From the human T2T-CHM13v2.0 reference genome, Homo sapiens, in NCBI RefSeq assembly GCF_009914755.1, contig NC_060938.1: 64,000 nucleotides of DNA; one strand, written 5' to 3'. Below, piece after piece: positions 1 to 12,750 of this stretch; position 1 is the stretch's first letter, and every line of letters starts with the position of its first letter. The notes beneath the pieces were generated by a model that was given only the letters and a program-made list of their open reading frames with translations, did no database searches and was not told the DNA's origin. The position numbers were made by a program, and so were the translations under genes.

Positions 1-404
1 CGGGTTTGCTCACACCTCCCCCGCAGGGCTGAGCCTCCAGACTCCCAGCCCCATACAGGCCCCAGCCCAGGGGGGAGCCGGGCGGCGCTTGGGGCCTGGA
101 GCCCTGACCCGGGGAGTCAGGGCAGGACTAGGGTGGAGGCTCTGGTGACTCAGCCTCCTCGTATGTGTGCACTGCAGTTTGTCCTCCGTGCATCCCTTGG
201 TGGACACTTGTGGGGCTTCCTGGGAGGCGGCCCCAGACTTGGACAGATTCTAGGACCCAGAGGGATGGGGCAGAGGCAGGGATGACAGAGACAGACACAA
301 AGCAGAGAGACGGAGGCAGAGGGAGACATGCAGAGTCGCGGAGACATCCGGGCTCAGGCCCCGACTCTCAGGGGCCACCCCCAGGGAGGACACGCAGTGC
401 ACCC

Positions 405-2690
405 CCACACCCACACCTCACACACACACTCACACCCACATACCCCCATCCACACACACCCAGAGACACACAGACACCCACAGCCACACACTCACACTCA
501 CGAACTTATCCAGTCACGTCCCACACACTCCCACCCAACCCATACACCACACACCTACACAACCCATACACCACACACACTCACAAACTATATACCACAC
601 ACACACCAACCATACACCTATATACACTCACACACCCATATACCACACACTCACACACAACCCATACACCACACGCACACAACCCATACACCTATACACA
701 CTCACACCTACAAACTATATACTACACACTCACACACAACCCATACACCTATACACACACACCCATATACCACACACAACCCATACACCACACACACAAA
801 CCATATACCACACACTCACACAACCCATACACCTATACACACTCATACCCATATACCACATACAACCAATATACCACACACACACAACCCATACACCTAT
901 ACACACACACCTATACACCACACACAGCCCATACACTACACAATCACACCACAAACTGTATACCACACACTCACACATAACCCATACACCTATACACACA
1001 CACCCATATACCACACACACAACCTGTGCACCTACACACACACATACACCACACACACACAACTCCTACACCTACACACACCCACCACCCATACACACAC
1101 AGCCTATACACCTACACACACTCATACACTCATATAGCACACACACAACCCATATACCACACACACAACCCACATACCTATACACACACGCCCATACACC
1201 ACACACTCACACAACCCATGCACCACATACACCCACAAACTATATGCTACACGCTCACACACAACCCATACACCTATACACAATCCCACAACCCATACAC
1301 ACTTACACAACCTATACACCACACACACTCACAATCTGTATACCACACACACAACCCATACAGTTATACACACACACCCATATACCACACACACACAACC
1401 CATATACCACACACTCACACACAAACCATACATCTATACACATACCCATATGCCACACATACAACCCATACACCACACACTCACACACAACACATACACC
1501 ACACACACAACCCATAGAACACAAACACAAGTCATAACCACACACACAGCCCATATACCTATACACATTCACACACACAACCCATACACTACACACACAA
1601 CACATACACCTATACACACTCACACTCAATTCATACACCACACACACACAGCCCATACATCTATACACAAACTCACACACAATCCATATACCACAAACTC
1701 ACACACAACGCATACACCTATACACACACACGCAACTCATACAGCACACACTCACACAACCCACAGACCATAAACACACACAAGCCATAACCACACACAA
1801 ACCCATACACCTATACACACACTCATAAACAAGCCATACACCCCTACACAACCCATACACCACACACTCACAACCCATACACCTATATACACACACAACC
1901 ATATACCACAAACTCACGCTCAACACATACACCTATACACACACACAACTCATACACCACACACTCATACACAACGCACAGACCACATACACAAGCCATA
2001 ACCACACACACACAACCCGTACACATATATACACACTAATAAACAAGCCATACACCTACACATACAACCCATACACCACACATTCACACATAACCCATAC
2101 ACCTATACACACACACACACAACCCATATACCACAAACACACACAACCTATACACACATACAACCCATACACCACACACACAACACATACACACCACACA
2201 CACACAGAATACTCATACACACACCCATACACCACCCCCACACAGAACCCATACACCACACACACACAACCTATACACCTATACACACACTCACACACAC
2301 AACTCATATACCACAAACACACACAACACATACACCTATGCACACACACAACCCATACACCACACATTCACATACAACCCATACACCACACACACACAAC
2401 ACATACATGAAACATACATACAACCCACACACCACCCACTCATACACAACCTATACACCACACACACAACTCATACACCTATACACACACAACACATACA
2501 CCTATCATACACTCACAACACATACACCTCCTATACACACACAACACACACACTTCCTATACACACAACCCACACGCCTATACACACATCCTCACTCACA
2601 CTCACCCTCACATTCATATACTCACTAACACACTTCCACACTCACACCCTCACCCACACTTACACCCCCACCCACACTCAAACCCCGACG
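405..2690. repeat. CA-rich low-complexity minisatellite (ACAACCCATACACC-type units)
   Basis: ~2.3 kb almost G-free tract of degenerate CACAACCCATACACC(T/A) units; source of the His/Thr-rich ORFs. Confidence 0.95.
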
Positions 2691-2693
2691 CTA

Positions 2694-5475
2694 AGTCACT
2701 GTCACATTTGTACCCATGCTCACACGCTCACACGCTCACACACTCACCCCCCACCAGCTCCAGGGCTCACTGGTGTGTGCCCACCAAACCCCCCTCGGGG
2801 GTCCCCTCGGTAAGCCGACAGTGCTCTGCTCATCGGTGGCCTGGGGAAACAGGGCCCACCCAAGGCCTGGCTCAGGAAAGGCTCCAAACACACATGGCCC
2901 AGGAGCAAATGGGCAGAGCTCAGCCTGCAGCTGGGAGCGGCCGAGCGGGTGCTGGGCCAGAGTCGGGGCCTGTCTGTGGGTGAGGGGCACGGCAGCACGG
3001 GCCCACCTGCACCTACAAGGCCTGGCCCCCGAGGTCACTGGGCCACCACCCAGCCCTCGCCCTGTTCCCCGTCTGTGCTGGCCGGGGCAGGACTCTGAGC
3101 CTCGGGGAAACCCACAGATACACACGGGACCCCGAACATCGGGCTGGGGAGGCTGGGGTGGGTAACAACATCCCAGAGGCAGGAGCAGGAGGTCCTGGGA
3201 CCCTGCACACTGCGACCCCAGCCCTGGGGGCTGAAGCCCAGGACAGCCTCAGGTCTCCCAGGAGGGACTGGATAGTGGGGGATGGTCAGAGAACAGGACA
3301 GCCAGCAGGGTGCAGCCCGAGGACAGGGATGGATGCTGGGAGGTCAACAGGACAGGGGCAGGGGCAGGGGCTGTGGAGTGTGAGAAGGTCCTGGAGGGCC
3401 TGGAGAACCTGTGGGTCAGTGTCTGTGGGAAGGAGGCCAGGAGCAGCCCTGAGTGGCCAGGCTGGCAGGGGTGAGGAGGTGGGGGCAGTGAGGTGAGGGT
3501 GACCGAGACAGGCCTCTGGCCAGGGAGGGGACCTTGGCTGGGCTCTGACTGAACCCAGGGCTCCTGGAGAAGGGGCCCCAGGCGGGGATGAGGATGTGGG
3601 CATCTGACTCCATCAACAATGGGGCTTCCAACACGCACAGCCTGGGCCTCGGAGACCTGGGCCCTGACCCGCCTCCCCCTGGCACTGGGCCGGGTGCCGT
3701 GTGTGGTCCCCAGTCCCCGCAGCACCTCCCCCACACTGGTCACGTTCCAGGGCCCCTCTGAAGCACCTGCTGTGAGGGGATGTGAGGAGGGGACAGGGAC
3801 TTGGGCCTGAGCTGCCGGGTCGGGGGGGAGTCGGGGACCCAGGCTCAGCGTGTGGCTGGGGACCAGACAGATGGGGATGGAGGAGGACACGCCCTGTACC
3901 CACTGCCTGCCAAGGGGCTGGACCCACGCCCAGTCTAGGCCATGTCCCCCGAGGCCTGTGAACCTTCACTCTGAGCCACTAAAACATTCAGGAGCTTTGA
4001 AAGCAGCCCCCGTCCTTGTCACTATGCGATGACTCTGAGCATCACGCTGTCCCTGCTGGATCCACCCTCCAGCCCCAGCGAGGGAGGCTGGGCCCCGGGC
4101 AGCAGGTGGTGAGGGCAGCGGGCACAGCCACCCTACAGCACACACAGGGTCTCAGGGACGCGTCCACCACAGCCCGTGCACAGGCTCCTCACGGCACTGA
4201 GTTCACCCGGGGCGCGGGCCGTTTGTCCTCAGGAGTCCCACTGTGCCCTCCGCCCCCAGCCCTGTCCTGCTGAGGCTGCAGCTGGGTCCCGGGGCACAGG
4301 GCGGCCCTGAGCACCTTGTCATGTTGGTCCCTGTCGGGTGGGCTGCTGGCTGTCTGTGGAGCTGGCAGAGCCGCGGTTCAGCCTTGGAGGCCGGTCCTGG
4401 GGCCCAGCAGCCGTGGGGAGCACTGCCCAGTCCCGTGCCCACAGGGAATCACCTGGGCTGAGGAAGGGCCCACACGCCGACGGGATCGGGGTCAGGCAGC
4501 GCACGCCTGGCACCGAGATCCCACGTCCCGAAGTGGGGACACGGCCCAGGGGCACTGTTCCGGGAGGGTCTCAAGATGGGGTCTCCTATTTCAATCTTCA
4601 CTCCTTCTGCACCTGTTAGCTGGGAACCTTCTAGAAGGAGGGGTGTCCTCAATCATGGGGTGGTTGTGAGCTGAGCACAGATCATGCAGGAAGGTACATG
4701 GCTTCTCCTTCACCAGGAAAACAGTGCAGAGAGACAGAGACACAGAGACAGAGTAACAGAGAAAGACAGAGAGACAGAGACACAGAGACAGAGACAGAGT
4801 AACAGAGAAAGACAGAGAGACAGAGAGACACAGACAGAGACAGAGTAACAGAGAAAGGCAGAGAGACAGAGAGAGACAGAGACAGAGTAACAGAGAAAGA
4901 CAGAGAGGCAGAGAGAGAGAGACAGAGACAGAGACAGAGTAACAGAGATAGACAGAGAGACACAGAGACAGAGACAGAGTAACAGAGATAGAGAGACAGA
5001 GAGAGACACAGAGACAGAGTAACAGACAGAGACAGAGACAGGCACAGAGATAAGAAAGATACACAGAAACAGAGAGAGACAGAGACAGAGATAGTCACTG
5101 TCACATTCATACCCACGCTCACCTGCTCACACACACACACCTCACACACACTCACACTCACACTCACCTCACACACACAGTCACACACACACTCACACAC
5201 ACTCACACACACACACTGAGCTTCCCTCAGGCCCTGTCACTTCCGATGGGGCCTACGGCCTGTCTAAGCCTCTGGGCCACCAGCCCCTGGCTCACCGGTG
5301 TGTGCCCACCACACCCCGCCTTGGGGGTCTCCTCTATGAGCTGGGCACATGCCCTCCGCTCTGTTCATGGCTGGCCTGGGGGAAACAGGGCCCACCCAAG
5401 GCCTGGCTCAGGGAAGGCCTCAAACACACATGGCCCAGGAGCAAAGGGGCAGAGCTCAGCCTGCAGCTGGGAGCG
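2694..5475 (+). repeat. Distal arm of the 3'RR2 quasi-palindrome (inverted repeat around hs1.2)
   Basis: 2884-4740 is the reverse complement of ~10075-11918 (ORF 4316..4669+ equals ORF 10144..10497-); 5093-5475 is the reverse complement of ~9015-9308. Confidence 0.93.
4727..5092. repeat. GA-rich microsatellite (GAGACA/GAGTAACA units)
   Basis: Purine-rich tract inside the distal palindrome arm; mirrored by the TC tract at 9309-10085. Confidence 0.9.
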
Positions 5476-6659
5476 GGCAGGGGTAGTGGAGTGGGCGGAG
5501 GGCCTGGAGAACCTGCAGGGCTACGATGTCTCTGGGAAGGGGGCCCAGGAGCAGCTCAGCGTGGCTGGGCCGGCAGGGCCGAGGAGGTGGGGGCCGTGAG
5601 GGAGGGGTGACTCGGCTGTGTGGGGTGCCGGGGGACACGGGCTTTGCTCCGGCTGAGCCCAGGCAGTGGCGAATCCCTGAGCTGCCAGGAGGAGAGCAGG
5701 GCCGGGGTCAGGCAGAGGTGGGCCGCGGGGCCGAGGGCTGCGGCCGGTCGGGAGCAGTCGGTCGGTTGAGGGCACCATTACATGGAGGGCTGTGAGACGG
5801 GAGACCCCATTCCCTTCATTCCTTGTGCACGTGTTAGTGAGGAAGCTTCTAGAAGGAGGGCATTGCTCGTAGTGGGTGAGTGTGAGCACAGATCATGCAG
5901 GCTGGCGTGCTGCCGTGAAGTGCCTCTCTTTACTTTCCAGACCTCAGCATGGCAAGCCCGTCCTGCGCCCCAGGGTCTTTCTGGAGTACACGCCGCGCGG
6001 TCCTGGTGGGCACCATACCTGGCACCCACGCTTTGGCCGGGCCCGAACCTTGCGCCCTCCCAGCCCCCATGTGGCTCTCCCTTGGCCATACTGGCCTTTT
6101 GCCAGTCCTCCTACCTCACCCTAGGGTCTGCCTGGCCCTGCCCTCCCTTCCTAGCCCCCCAAGGAGGCTGGAGGGCACCCCTGCGTCCACCAGCAGCAGC
6201 TCCTCATGGGCGAGTCTCCTTGGGCCAGTGACACATAGTGTGCCCCGATGGTGCCACGGCAGCCTGGGCCCTCCGCCTTCCTGCTTGGCAGGCACCCCCG
6301 CTCCCTGCACCCTCACCGGGGCACCTGTGAGCCCTGAGGGCCAGTGGGGGTCTCACTGCTGCTCCCTCCCACAGCCTAGCCTCGGGCCTCAGGGCTCTGC
6401 ATCCAAGCGGCCCAGGGCTCCCTGAGGTCTCAGCCCGAGTGGGCCTTTGAGCCTTCGCGTTCTCTGCAGGGTGGGACCTGCCCAAGGGCTGCTGAGGGCT
6501 TCCCAGGGGTCCTGTGGGTCCCACCTAGGGGCAAGCTGGTGAGGAAAGTGGGTCCTGCCATGGCGGCCGGGTGGGCTGAGTTTTCGGCATCTCTGGGCCC
6601 AACAGCAGGTCCCTGGAGCGGCGCCCACCCCTCCCCCAGGCAGGTGTGAGGGCTCTGAT

Positions 6660-7141
6660 CTGTTTCTCCTTGAGTGACTCATTCTGGGCAGACTTGGCCC
6701 TCAGGGCACATGCAAATGGTTGTTTGTTCCACACCGAAAACATGTTTCTTGCCCTCTGAGGCTGTTTCCAGAAATAGCTTGCACGATTCTCCACCTGCAG
6801 CTGCAGCCGCCACCCACCCAGTGTGGCCAGGCTGGCCCAGGCCTCCAGATTCGGGGACACCCCCCGCCCCCTCCCCCAGCGTGGCCAGGCTGGCTCAGGC
6901 CTCCAGATTCGGGGACACCCCCCCCCCCCAACAGCGTGGCCAGGCTGGCTCAGGCCTCCAGATTCGGGGACACCCCCCCACCACAGCGTGGCCAGGCTGG
7001 CTCAGGCCTCCAGATTCGGGGACACCCGCCCCCTCCCCCAGGACAGGCCCACTTGGGTTACTGACACTGGGACCACCCTGCAAACGTCAACTTTATTGAA
7101 TTCAGTGGTTCTGAACTTGTTGCCATCTTTGGGACCAGGAC
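6660..7141. promoter_or_regulatory. hs1.2 enhancer of IGH 3'RR2, four-repeat allele (*4-type)
   Basis: AP-1 TGACTCA 6675-6681 and octamer ATGCAAAT 6710-6717, then four copies of GTGGCCAGGCTGGC(C/T)CAGGCCTCCAGATTCGGGGACACCC starting at 6823, 6881, 6936 and 6988; lies at the centre of the palindrome downstream of C-alpha. Confidence 0.92.
6820..7027. repeat. hs1.2 internal VNTR, 4 x ~40-bp core with C-rich spacers
   Basis: Periods of 58, 55 and 52 bp, differing only in the poly-C spacer. Confidence 0.95.
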
Positions 7142-7689
7142 CCAGGGGCAGCCCCCAGGTTGGCAGGAAGGGCAGGGGAGCCAACGCTGGCAGGGCCCCC
7201 AGCCAACCCCCACCCCAGAAGCCCCAAGGAGGCTGAGCGGAGGTGGCCCTGGTGGCCTGGGCACAGGCAGCCCGATTGGTACAGGGCCTGTCTGGTGCAG
7301 GCCCGCACCTCCCCCACCCTCATGGCCTGGTGGTCCCCACTGTACAGAGAGAACACTGAGGCTCAGCAGGGCCAGGGACATGGCCTGAGGTTACATGGTG
7401 ATGGGGGCTGGGTCTCCGGGCCTGGGGGCCGTGGTGGGTGCAGCACCCGGACTGCGTGGGCTGTGGCCTCCCTGCTCCCAGCTCTGTCACACCCGTCTCC
7501 ATCTGAGCCTCCAGCTCCATCTTTCCCGCTGTCCCTGTCTCTGGCCACCCTTCTGTCTCCCTGTCTCTCTGCCTCTCTGAAGGTATCTCCCTGCCCGAAT
7601 CTCTGTCTCTGTCCCATTGTCGGTGTCTCTGACTCATCTCTGTCAAGCCCGTCTGCTGGGCTTTGTCCCGCCATCTTGCCTGTCTTGGC

Positions 7690-8820
7690 CTCTCTCTCTT
7701 TCTGTGTGTCTCCGTCGGTGCCTCCTTTCTCCATCCATCTCTCCCCCGTGTCTGTCTCTATCCCTCCGTCTCTCTTCCCGTCTATCCCTCCCTCTGTGCC
7801 TGTCCCTTTGCTGTGTCCCTTTCTTTGCCTCTGTCTCTCTGTCTGTCTCTTCGTGTCCCTGTGTGTGTCTCTCTCTTCTCTCTGCTTCTCTTTCTGTATC
7901 TCTGTCTATATCTCAGCCTCTTTGTGTCCCTGTGTGTGTGTCTCTCTCTTCTCTGTCTTTCCATGTCTCTGTCTATATCTCTGTCTCTCTGCCTCTGTAT
8001 CTCTGTCTGTCTGTTCGTGTCCCTGTGTATGTCTCTCTCTGTCTCTTTCTGTATCTCTGTCTATATCTGTCTCTCTCATCTGTCTCTTCCTGTGTGTGTC
8101 TCTCTGTCTCTCTGCCTCTGTCTCTGTCTCTCTGTCTCTTCATCTCTGTCTGTCTCTGCCTGTCTGTGTCATTTGGTGTCTCTGTTTTTGTATGTCTCTC
8201 TGTTTGTCTGTGTCTCTTCCTCTCTGTAGCTCTGCCTCTCTCTATCTCTCCTTATATCTGTCTTTCTCTCTCCCTGTTTCTTTCTCTGTCTCTTTTTGTC
8301 TTTCTGAGTCTGTCTCTGTCTCTGTCTCTTCCTCTCTGTATATACCTCTCTGTCTTTCTGTTGCTGTCTGTCTCTGTTTCTCTTCTCCTCTCTCTATCTC
8401 TCTTTGTCTGTCTTTCTCTGCCTTTCTAACTCTGTCTTTCTCTGTCTCTCTGTCTCTATCTCAGTCTCTCTTCTTATCTCTCTCTCTGTCTCTCTCACTC
8501 TCTGTATCTCTTTGTCTCTGTCTTTCTCTTATCTCTATCGCTCTGTCTCTATCTCTCTTTCTGTCTCTCTGTATCTCTATCTCTGTCTCTCTCATGTCTA
8601 TCTCTCTGTCTTTCTCTGTCTCTCTGTATCTCTGTCTTTCATCTCTATCTCTATCTCTGTCTTTCTGTCTCTATCTCTGTCTCTCTATCTCTTTCTCTGT
8701 CTGTATCTCTCTGTCTCTATCTCTCTCTGTCTTTCTCTGTGTCTCTGTATCTCTGTCTCTATCTCTGTCTCTCTATCTCTCTCTGTCTCTCCCTGTCTCT
8801 CTCTATCTCTGTCTCTCCAT
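7690..8820. repeat. TC-rich (TCTG/TCTA) microsatellite tract
   Basis: ~1.1 kb pyrimidine-rich tract; source of the 584-aa Ser/Leu/Cys ORF. Confidence 0.93.
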
Positions 8821-8824
8821 CCCA

Positions 8825-11800
8825 TGTGGGTCTGTGGGTTTCCCCGAGGCTCAGAGCCCTGCCCCGGTCAGCACAGACAGGGAACAGGGCGAGGGCTGGG
8901 TGGTGGCCCAGTGACCTTGGGGGCCAGGCCTTGGGGGTGCAGGTGGGCCCGTGCTGCCGTGCCCCCCACCCACAGACAGGCCCCGGCTCTGGCCCAGCAC
9001 CCGCTCCGCCGCTCCCAGCTGCAGGCTGAGCTCTGCCCGTTTGCTGCTGGGCCATGTGTGTTTGGGGCCTTTCCTGAGCCAGGCCTTGGGTGGGCCCTGT
9101 TTCCCCAGACCACCCATGAGCAGAGTGTAGGGCACGTGCCCAGCTCACAGAGGGGACCTCTGAGGCGGGGTGTGGTGGGCACACAGCAGTGAGCCATGAG
9201 GCTGGTGGCCCAGAGGCTTGGACATGCCGTGGGCCCCATAGGAAGTGACAGGGCTTGAGGGAAGCTCAGTGTGAGTGTGTGAGCGTGGGTATGAATGTGA
9301 CAGTGACTCTCTATCTGTCTCTTTGTATCTCTGTCTCTCTGTGTGTATCTTTCTATCTCTGTCTCTCTATATGTCTCTCTATCTCTGTCTCTCTGTATCT
9401 CTATCTCTCTGTGTGTATCTTTCTATCTCTGTCTCTCTTTCTTGATCTCTCTCTATCTCTGTCTCTGTAACTCTCTTTATCTCTTACTGCTTCTGTTTCT
9501 CTCACTCTGTCTCTGTCTCTCTTTATCTCTGTCTTGCTCTCTCTCTCTGTAACTTTATCTCTGTCTCTCTGTTTCTATCTCTGTTTTTCTCTGTCTCTGT
9601 CTGTATCTCTGTCTCTCTTTATCTGTCTCTCTGTCTCTGTGTATCTCTGTCTCTCTGTAACTTTATCTCTGTCTTTTTCTGTCTCTGTGTGTGTCTGTCT
9701 CTGTGTCTTTGTTTTTCTCTCTGTCTCTGTCAATGTCTCTTTCTGTATCTGTTTCTTTCTCTCTGTCTCTGTCTCTCTATCTCTGTCTCTATCTCTCTGT
9801 CTCTCTGTAACTCCTCATCTCTGTCTCTGTGTCTGCATGTCTCTTTCTGTGTCTCTGTTTCTCTCTCTGTCTCTGTCTCTCTGTGACTCTGTCTCTGTCT
9901 CTGTCTCTGTCTTTCTCTGTTACTCTGTCTCTCTCTCTGTCTCTCTGTGACTCTATCTGTTACTCTGTCTCTGTCTCTGTCTCTCTCTGTCTCTCTTTCT
10001 CTGTTACTCTGTCTGTGTCTCTGTGTCTCTCTCTCGTCTGTCTTTCTCTGTTACTCTGTCTCTGTCTCTGTGTCTCTGTCTCTCTGCACTGTTTTCCTGG
10101 TGAAGGAGAAGCCATGTACCTTCCTGCATGATCTGTGCTCAGCTCACAACCACCCCATGATTGAGGACACCCCTCCTTCTAGAAGGTTCCCAGCTAACAG
10201 GTGCAGAAGGAGTGAAGATTGAAATAGGAGACCCCATCTTGAGACCCTCCCGGAACAGTGCCCCTGGGCCGTGTCCCCACTTCGGGACGTGGGATCTCGG
10301 TGCCAGGCGTGCGCTGCCTGACCCCGATCCCGTCGGCGTGTGGGCCCTTCCTCAGCCCAGGTGATTCCCTGTGGGCACGGGACTGGGCAGTGCTCCCCAC
10401 GGCTGCTGGGCCCCAGGACCGGCCTCCAAGGCTGAACCGCGGCTCTGCCAGCTCCACAGACAGCCAGCAGCCCACCCGACAGGGACCAACATGACAAGGT
10501 GCTCAGGGCCGCCCTGTGCCCCGGGACCCAGCTGCAGCCTCAGCAGGACAGGGCTGGGGGTGGAGGGCACAGCCGGACTCCTGAGGACAAACGGCCCGCG
10601 CCCCGGGTGAACTCAGTGCCGTGGGGAGCCTGTGCACGGGCTGTGGTGGACGCGTCCCTGAGACCCTGTGTGTGCTGTAGGGTGGCTGTGCCCGCTGCCC
10701 TCACCACCTGCTGCCCGGGGCCCAGCCTCCCTCGCTGGGGCTGGAGGGTGGATCCAGCAGGGACAGCGTGATGCTCAGAGTCATCGCATAGTGACAAGGA
10801 CGGGGGCTGCTTTCAAAGCTCCTGAATGTTTTAGTGGCTCAGAGTGAAGGTTCACAGGCCTCGGGGGACATGGCCTAGACTGGGCGTGGGTCCAGCCCCT
10901 TGGCAAGCAGTGGGTACATGGCGTGTCCTCCTCCATCCCCATCTGTCTGGTCCCCAGCCACACGCTGAGCCTGGGTCCCCGACTCCCCCCCGACCCGGCA
11001 GCTCAGGCCCAAGTCCCTGTCCCCTCCCCACATCCCCTCACAGCAGGTGCTTCAGAGGGGCCCTGGAACGTGACCAGTGTGGGGGAGGTGCTGCGGGGAC
11101 TGGGGACCACACACGGCACCCGGCCCAGTGCCAGGGGGAGGCGGGTCAGGGCCCAGGTCTCCGAGGCCCAGGCTGTGCGTGTTGGAAGCCCCATTGTTGA
11201 TGGAGTCAGATGCCCACATCCTCATCCCCGCCTGGGGCCCCTTCTTCAGGAGCCCTGGGTTCAGTCAGAGCCCAGCCAAGGTCCCCTCCCTGGCCAGAGG
11301 CCTCACTGTCTCGGTCACCCTCACCTCACTGCCCCCACCTCCTCACCCCTGCCAGCCTGGCCACTCTGGGCTGCTCCTGGCCTCCTTCCCACAAACACGG
11401 ACCCACAGGTTCTCTAGGCCCTCCAGGACCTTCGCCCACTCCACGGCCCCTGCCCCTGTCCTGTTGACCTCCCAGCGTCCATCCCTGTCCTCGGGCTGCA
11501 CCCTGCTGGCTATCCTGTTCTCTGACCATCCCCCACTGTCCAGTCCCTCCTGGGAGACCTGAGGCCGTCCTGGGCTTCAGCCCCCAGGGCTGGGGTCGCA
11601 GTGCGCAGGGTCCTGGGACCTCCTGCTCCCGCCTCTCCCATGTTGTTACCCACCCCAGCCCGATGTTCGGGGTCCTGTGTGGATCTGTAGGTTTCCCCGA
11701 GGCTCAGAGTCCTGCCCCGTCCAGCACAGACGGGGAACAGGGCGAGGGCTGGGTGGTGGCCCAGTGACCTCGGGGGCCAGGCCTTGTAGGTGCAGGTGGG

Positions 11801-11950
11801 CCCGTGCTGCCGTGCCCCCCACCCACAGACAGGCCCCGACTCTGGCCCAGCGCCCGCTCGGCCGCTCCCAGCTGCAGGCTGAGGTCTCCCCATTTGCTCC
11901 TGGGCCATGTGTGTTTGGGTGTGAGTGTGGGTATGGATGTGACAGTGACT
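8825..11950 (-). repeat. Proximal arm of the 3'RR2 quasi-palindrome
   Basis: Reverse complement of 2694-5475; 8825-9190 also matches 2765-3120 in inverted orientation; interrupted by the TC tract 9309-10085. Confidence 0.93.
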
Positions 11951-12084
11951 TAGTGTGTGGCTGTGAGCGTGGGTATGTTTCTGTGTGTTTGTGTGTGAAT
12001 GTTGTATAATAGTCGTGGTGTGTGTTTGTGAGAGTGACTGTGTGAGAGGGGCTTGCAGCTGAGTTCCTGGGCCCATCTTGCTGC

Positions 12085-12750
12085 CTCTTTCTCTCCCTGT
12101 GTGTTCTCTGCCTCTGTTGTGTTCTCTCTGCATGTCTGTCTCCATGTCTCTTTTTCCCTGTTCCCATCTCCTCCCTTTTTCTCCCATCTCTGTCTCTGTT
12201 TCTTATCTATCTCATCTCATCTCTCTCTTTCTGTCTCTTGTGTCTCTGTCCCTCCCCATCCCTGTCTCTTATCTCTCTCCATCCCCATCTCTCTCTCTGT
12301 GTCTGTCTTTGTCTCTGTCTCTATGTCTCTTGTCTCTCCCCATCCCTGTCTCTCTCTATGTCTCTGTGTCTCTTATCTCTCCCCATCCCTGTCTCTCTAT
12401 GTCTCTGTGTCTCTTATCTCTCCTTGTCCTTGTCTTTCTCTGTCTACGTCTCTGTGTCTCTCTCCATCCCTGTCTCTCTCTATGTCTCTGTGTCTCTTAT
12501 CTCTCCCTATCCCTGTCTCTCTATGTCTCTTGTCTCTCCCCATCCCTGTCTCTCTCTCTCTATGTCTCTGTGTCTCTTATCTCTCCCCATCCCTGTCTCT
12601 CTCTATGTCTCTTCATCTCTTATCTCTCTCCCCATCCCTGTCTCTATGTCTCTGTGTCTCTTATCTCTCCCCATCCTTGTCTCTGTCTATGTCTCTGTGT
12701 CTCTTGTCTCTCCCTGTCCCTGTCTCTCTCTATGTCTCTGTGTCTCTCTG
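12085..12750. repeat. TC-rich minisatellite (CCCCATCCCTGTCTCTCTATGTCTCTGTGTCTCTTATCTCT-like, ~40 bp)
   Basis: Repeated CCCCATCCCTGTCTC landmarks in a pyrimidine tract. Confidence 0.9.

Noticed and set aside
1-400. Possible hs4 enhancer
   Set aside because: No octamer plus NF-kB core seen; hs4 should lie further downstream, before position 1.
165-2628. His/Thr/Pro-rich and Val/Cys-rich ORFs
   Set aside because: Translations of a CA-rich simple repeat; no splice or domain evidence.
7160-10222. 584-aa and other Ser/Leu/Cys-rich ORFs
   Set aside because: Products of TC microsatellites that lack stop codons.
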